From positions 4,693 through 68,692 of the forward strand of contig CAKKPG010000082.1 of NCBI GenBank assembly GCA_919901555.1: DNA of 64,000 bases, read 5' to 3'. This stretch comes from Nitrospiria bacterium. Its GTDB lineage: Bacteria; Nitrospirota; UBA9217. Below, piece after piece: positions 63,728-64,000 of the stretch. How positions within the stretch are numbered: the first letter of the stretch is position 1; each line of letters opens with the position of its first letter. The notes under the pieces are model-generated. The model ran no database searches. It saw nothing but the letters and a program-made list of their open reading frames with translations, and was not told the origin of the DNA. Position numbers and translations under genes: made by a program.

Positions 63728-64000
63728 TTTGCCGAGAATGTGCGCGAATTTTCGCGAATGAAGCAGCCAGCCGCGGATAAGTCCTGATCGATGCAGAACG
63801 GTCCTGAACCAAAAGGCCGAACCAGTGAACACGAATGACGCGAATCATTCGAATAGCGCGAATGAAGGCGATGCGTTTTATCTATGGTTGACGTTATTTT
63901 TAATGCAAGATAAAGACAAAGATTGGTTTTTCTTGACCCTTGCCCCATGCGTCCTGACCCTATCCTTTCCTCTGCGGCAATCCGCAGACGTTGGTCGCGC

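Noticed and set aside
63673-63948. 91-aa minus ORF at window end
   Set aside because: It overlaps the second hairpin repeat; no recognisable motif; the region appears non-coding

Overview
This 64 kb window is a high-GC (~60%) bacterial chromosomal segment centred on the translation/transcription 'superoperon'. Almost every gene is on the + strand. The core runs thrU-tyrU-glyT-thrT-tuf, then rpmG, tRNA-Trp, secE-nusG-rplKAJL-rpoBC, the str operon (rpsL-rpsG-fusA and a second, identical tuf), and then the S10/spc/alpha operons (rpsJ to rplQ, including secY, map, infA, rpmJ and rpoA).

Upstream of the core (1-14.3 kb) are: two outer-membrane proteins on the minus strand; radA; a small GIY-YIG nuclease gene bracketed by perfect 28-bp inverted repeats; a membrane-anchored multiheme cytochrome c; and an AT-rich gap. 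These are followed by a compositionally distinct islet that encodes a 993-aa secreted protein combining a Zn-dependent phospholipase-C-like domain, a coiled coil and a CARDB domain, plus a frameshifted RHH gene remnant. After the islet come a standalone LigD phosphoesterase-domain gene, cysS and rlmB.

Downstream of rplQ (48.5-64 kb) is a signal-transduction cluster. It holds three sensor histidine kinases, one of which has a CxxCH motif in its periplasmic domain and another a Cys4 motif in a PAS domain. It also holds a PhnD-like periplasmic binding lipoprotein, a REC-GAF-HD-GYP response regulator and a sigma54 (NtrC-type) activator.

A candidate sigma54 promoter follows the cluster. Behind it lie genes for a 6-bladed NHL-repeat secreted protein, a 941-aa Cys-rich surface protein built of InlB-B-repeat-like and PKD domains, a small Cys-rich secreted protein, and a brnT-brnA toxin-antitoxin pair bracketed by duplicated terminator-like hairpins.

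Non-genic structure of note: a GC-rich REP-like palindromic element is present twice. A family of AT-rich intergenic elements built of 7-bp tandem units in inverted blocks recurs in the spacers of the ribosomal operons. The two tuf copies form a ~1.2 kb exact duplicate. The lineage cannot be assigned from sequence alone; sigma54 regulators, multiheme cytochromes and periplasmic CxxCH sensors are consistent with a deltaproteobacterium-like or Nitrospirae-like anaerobe.
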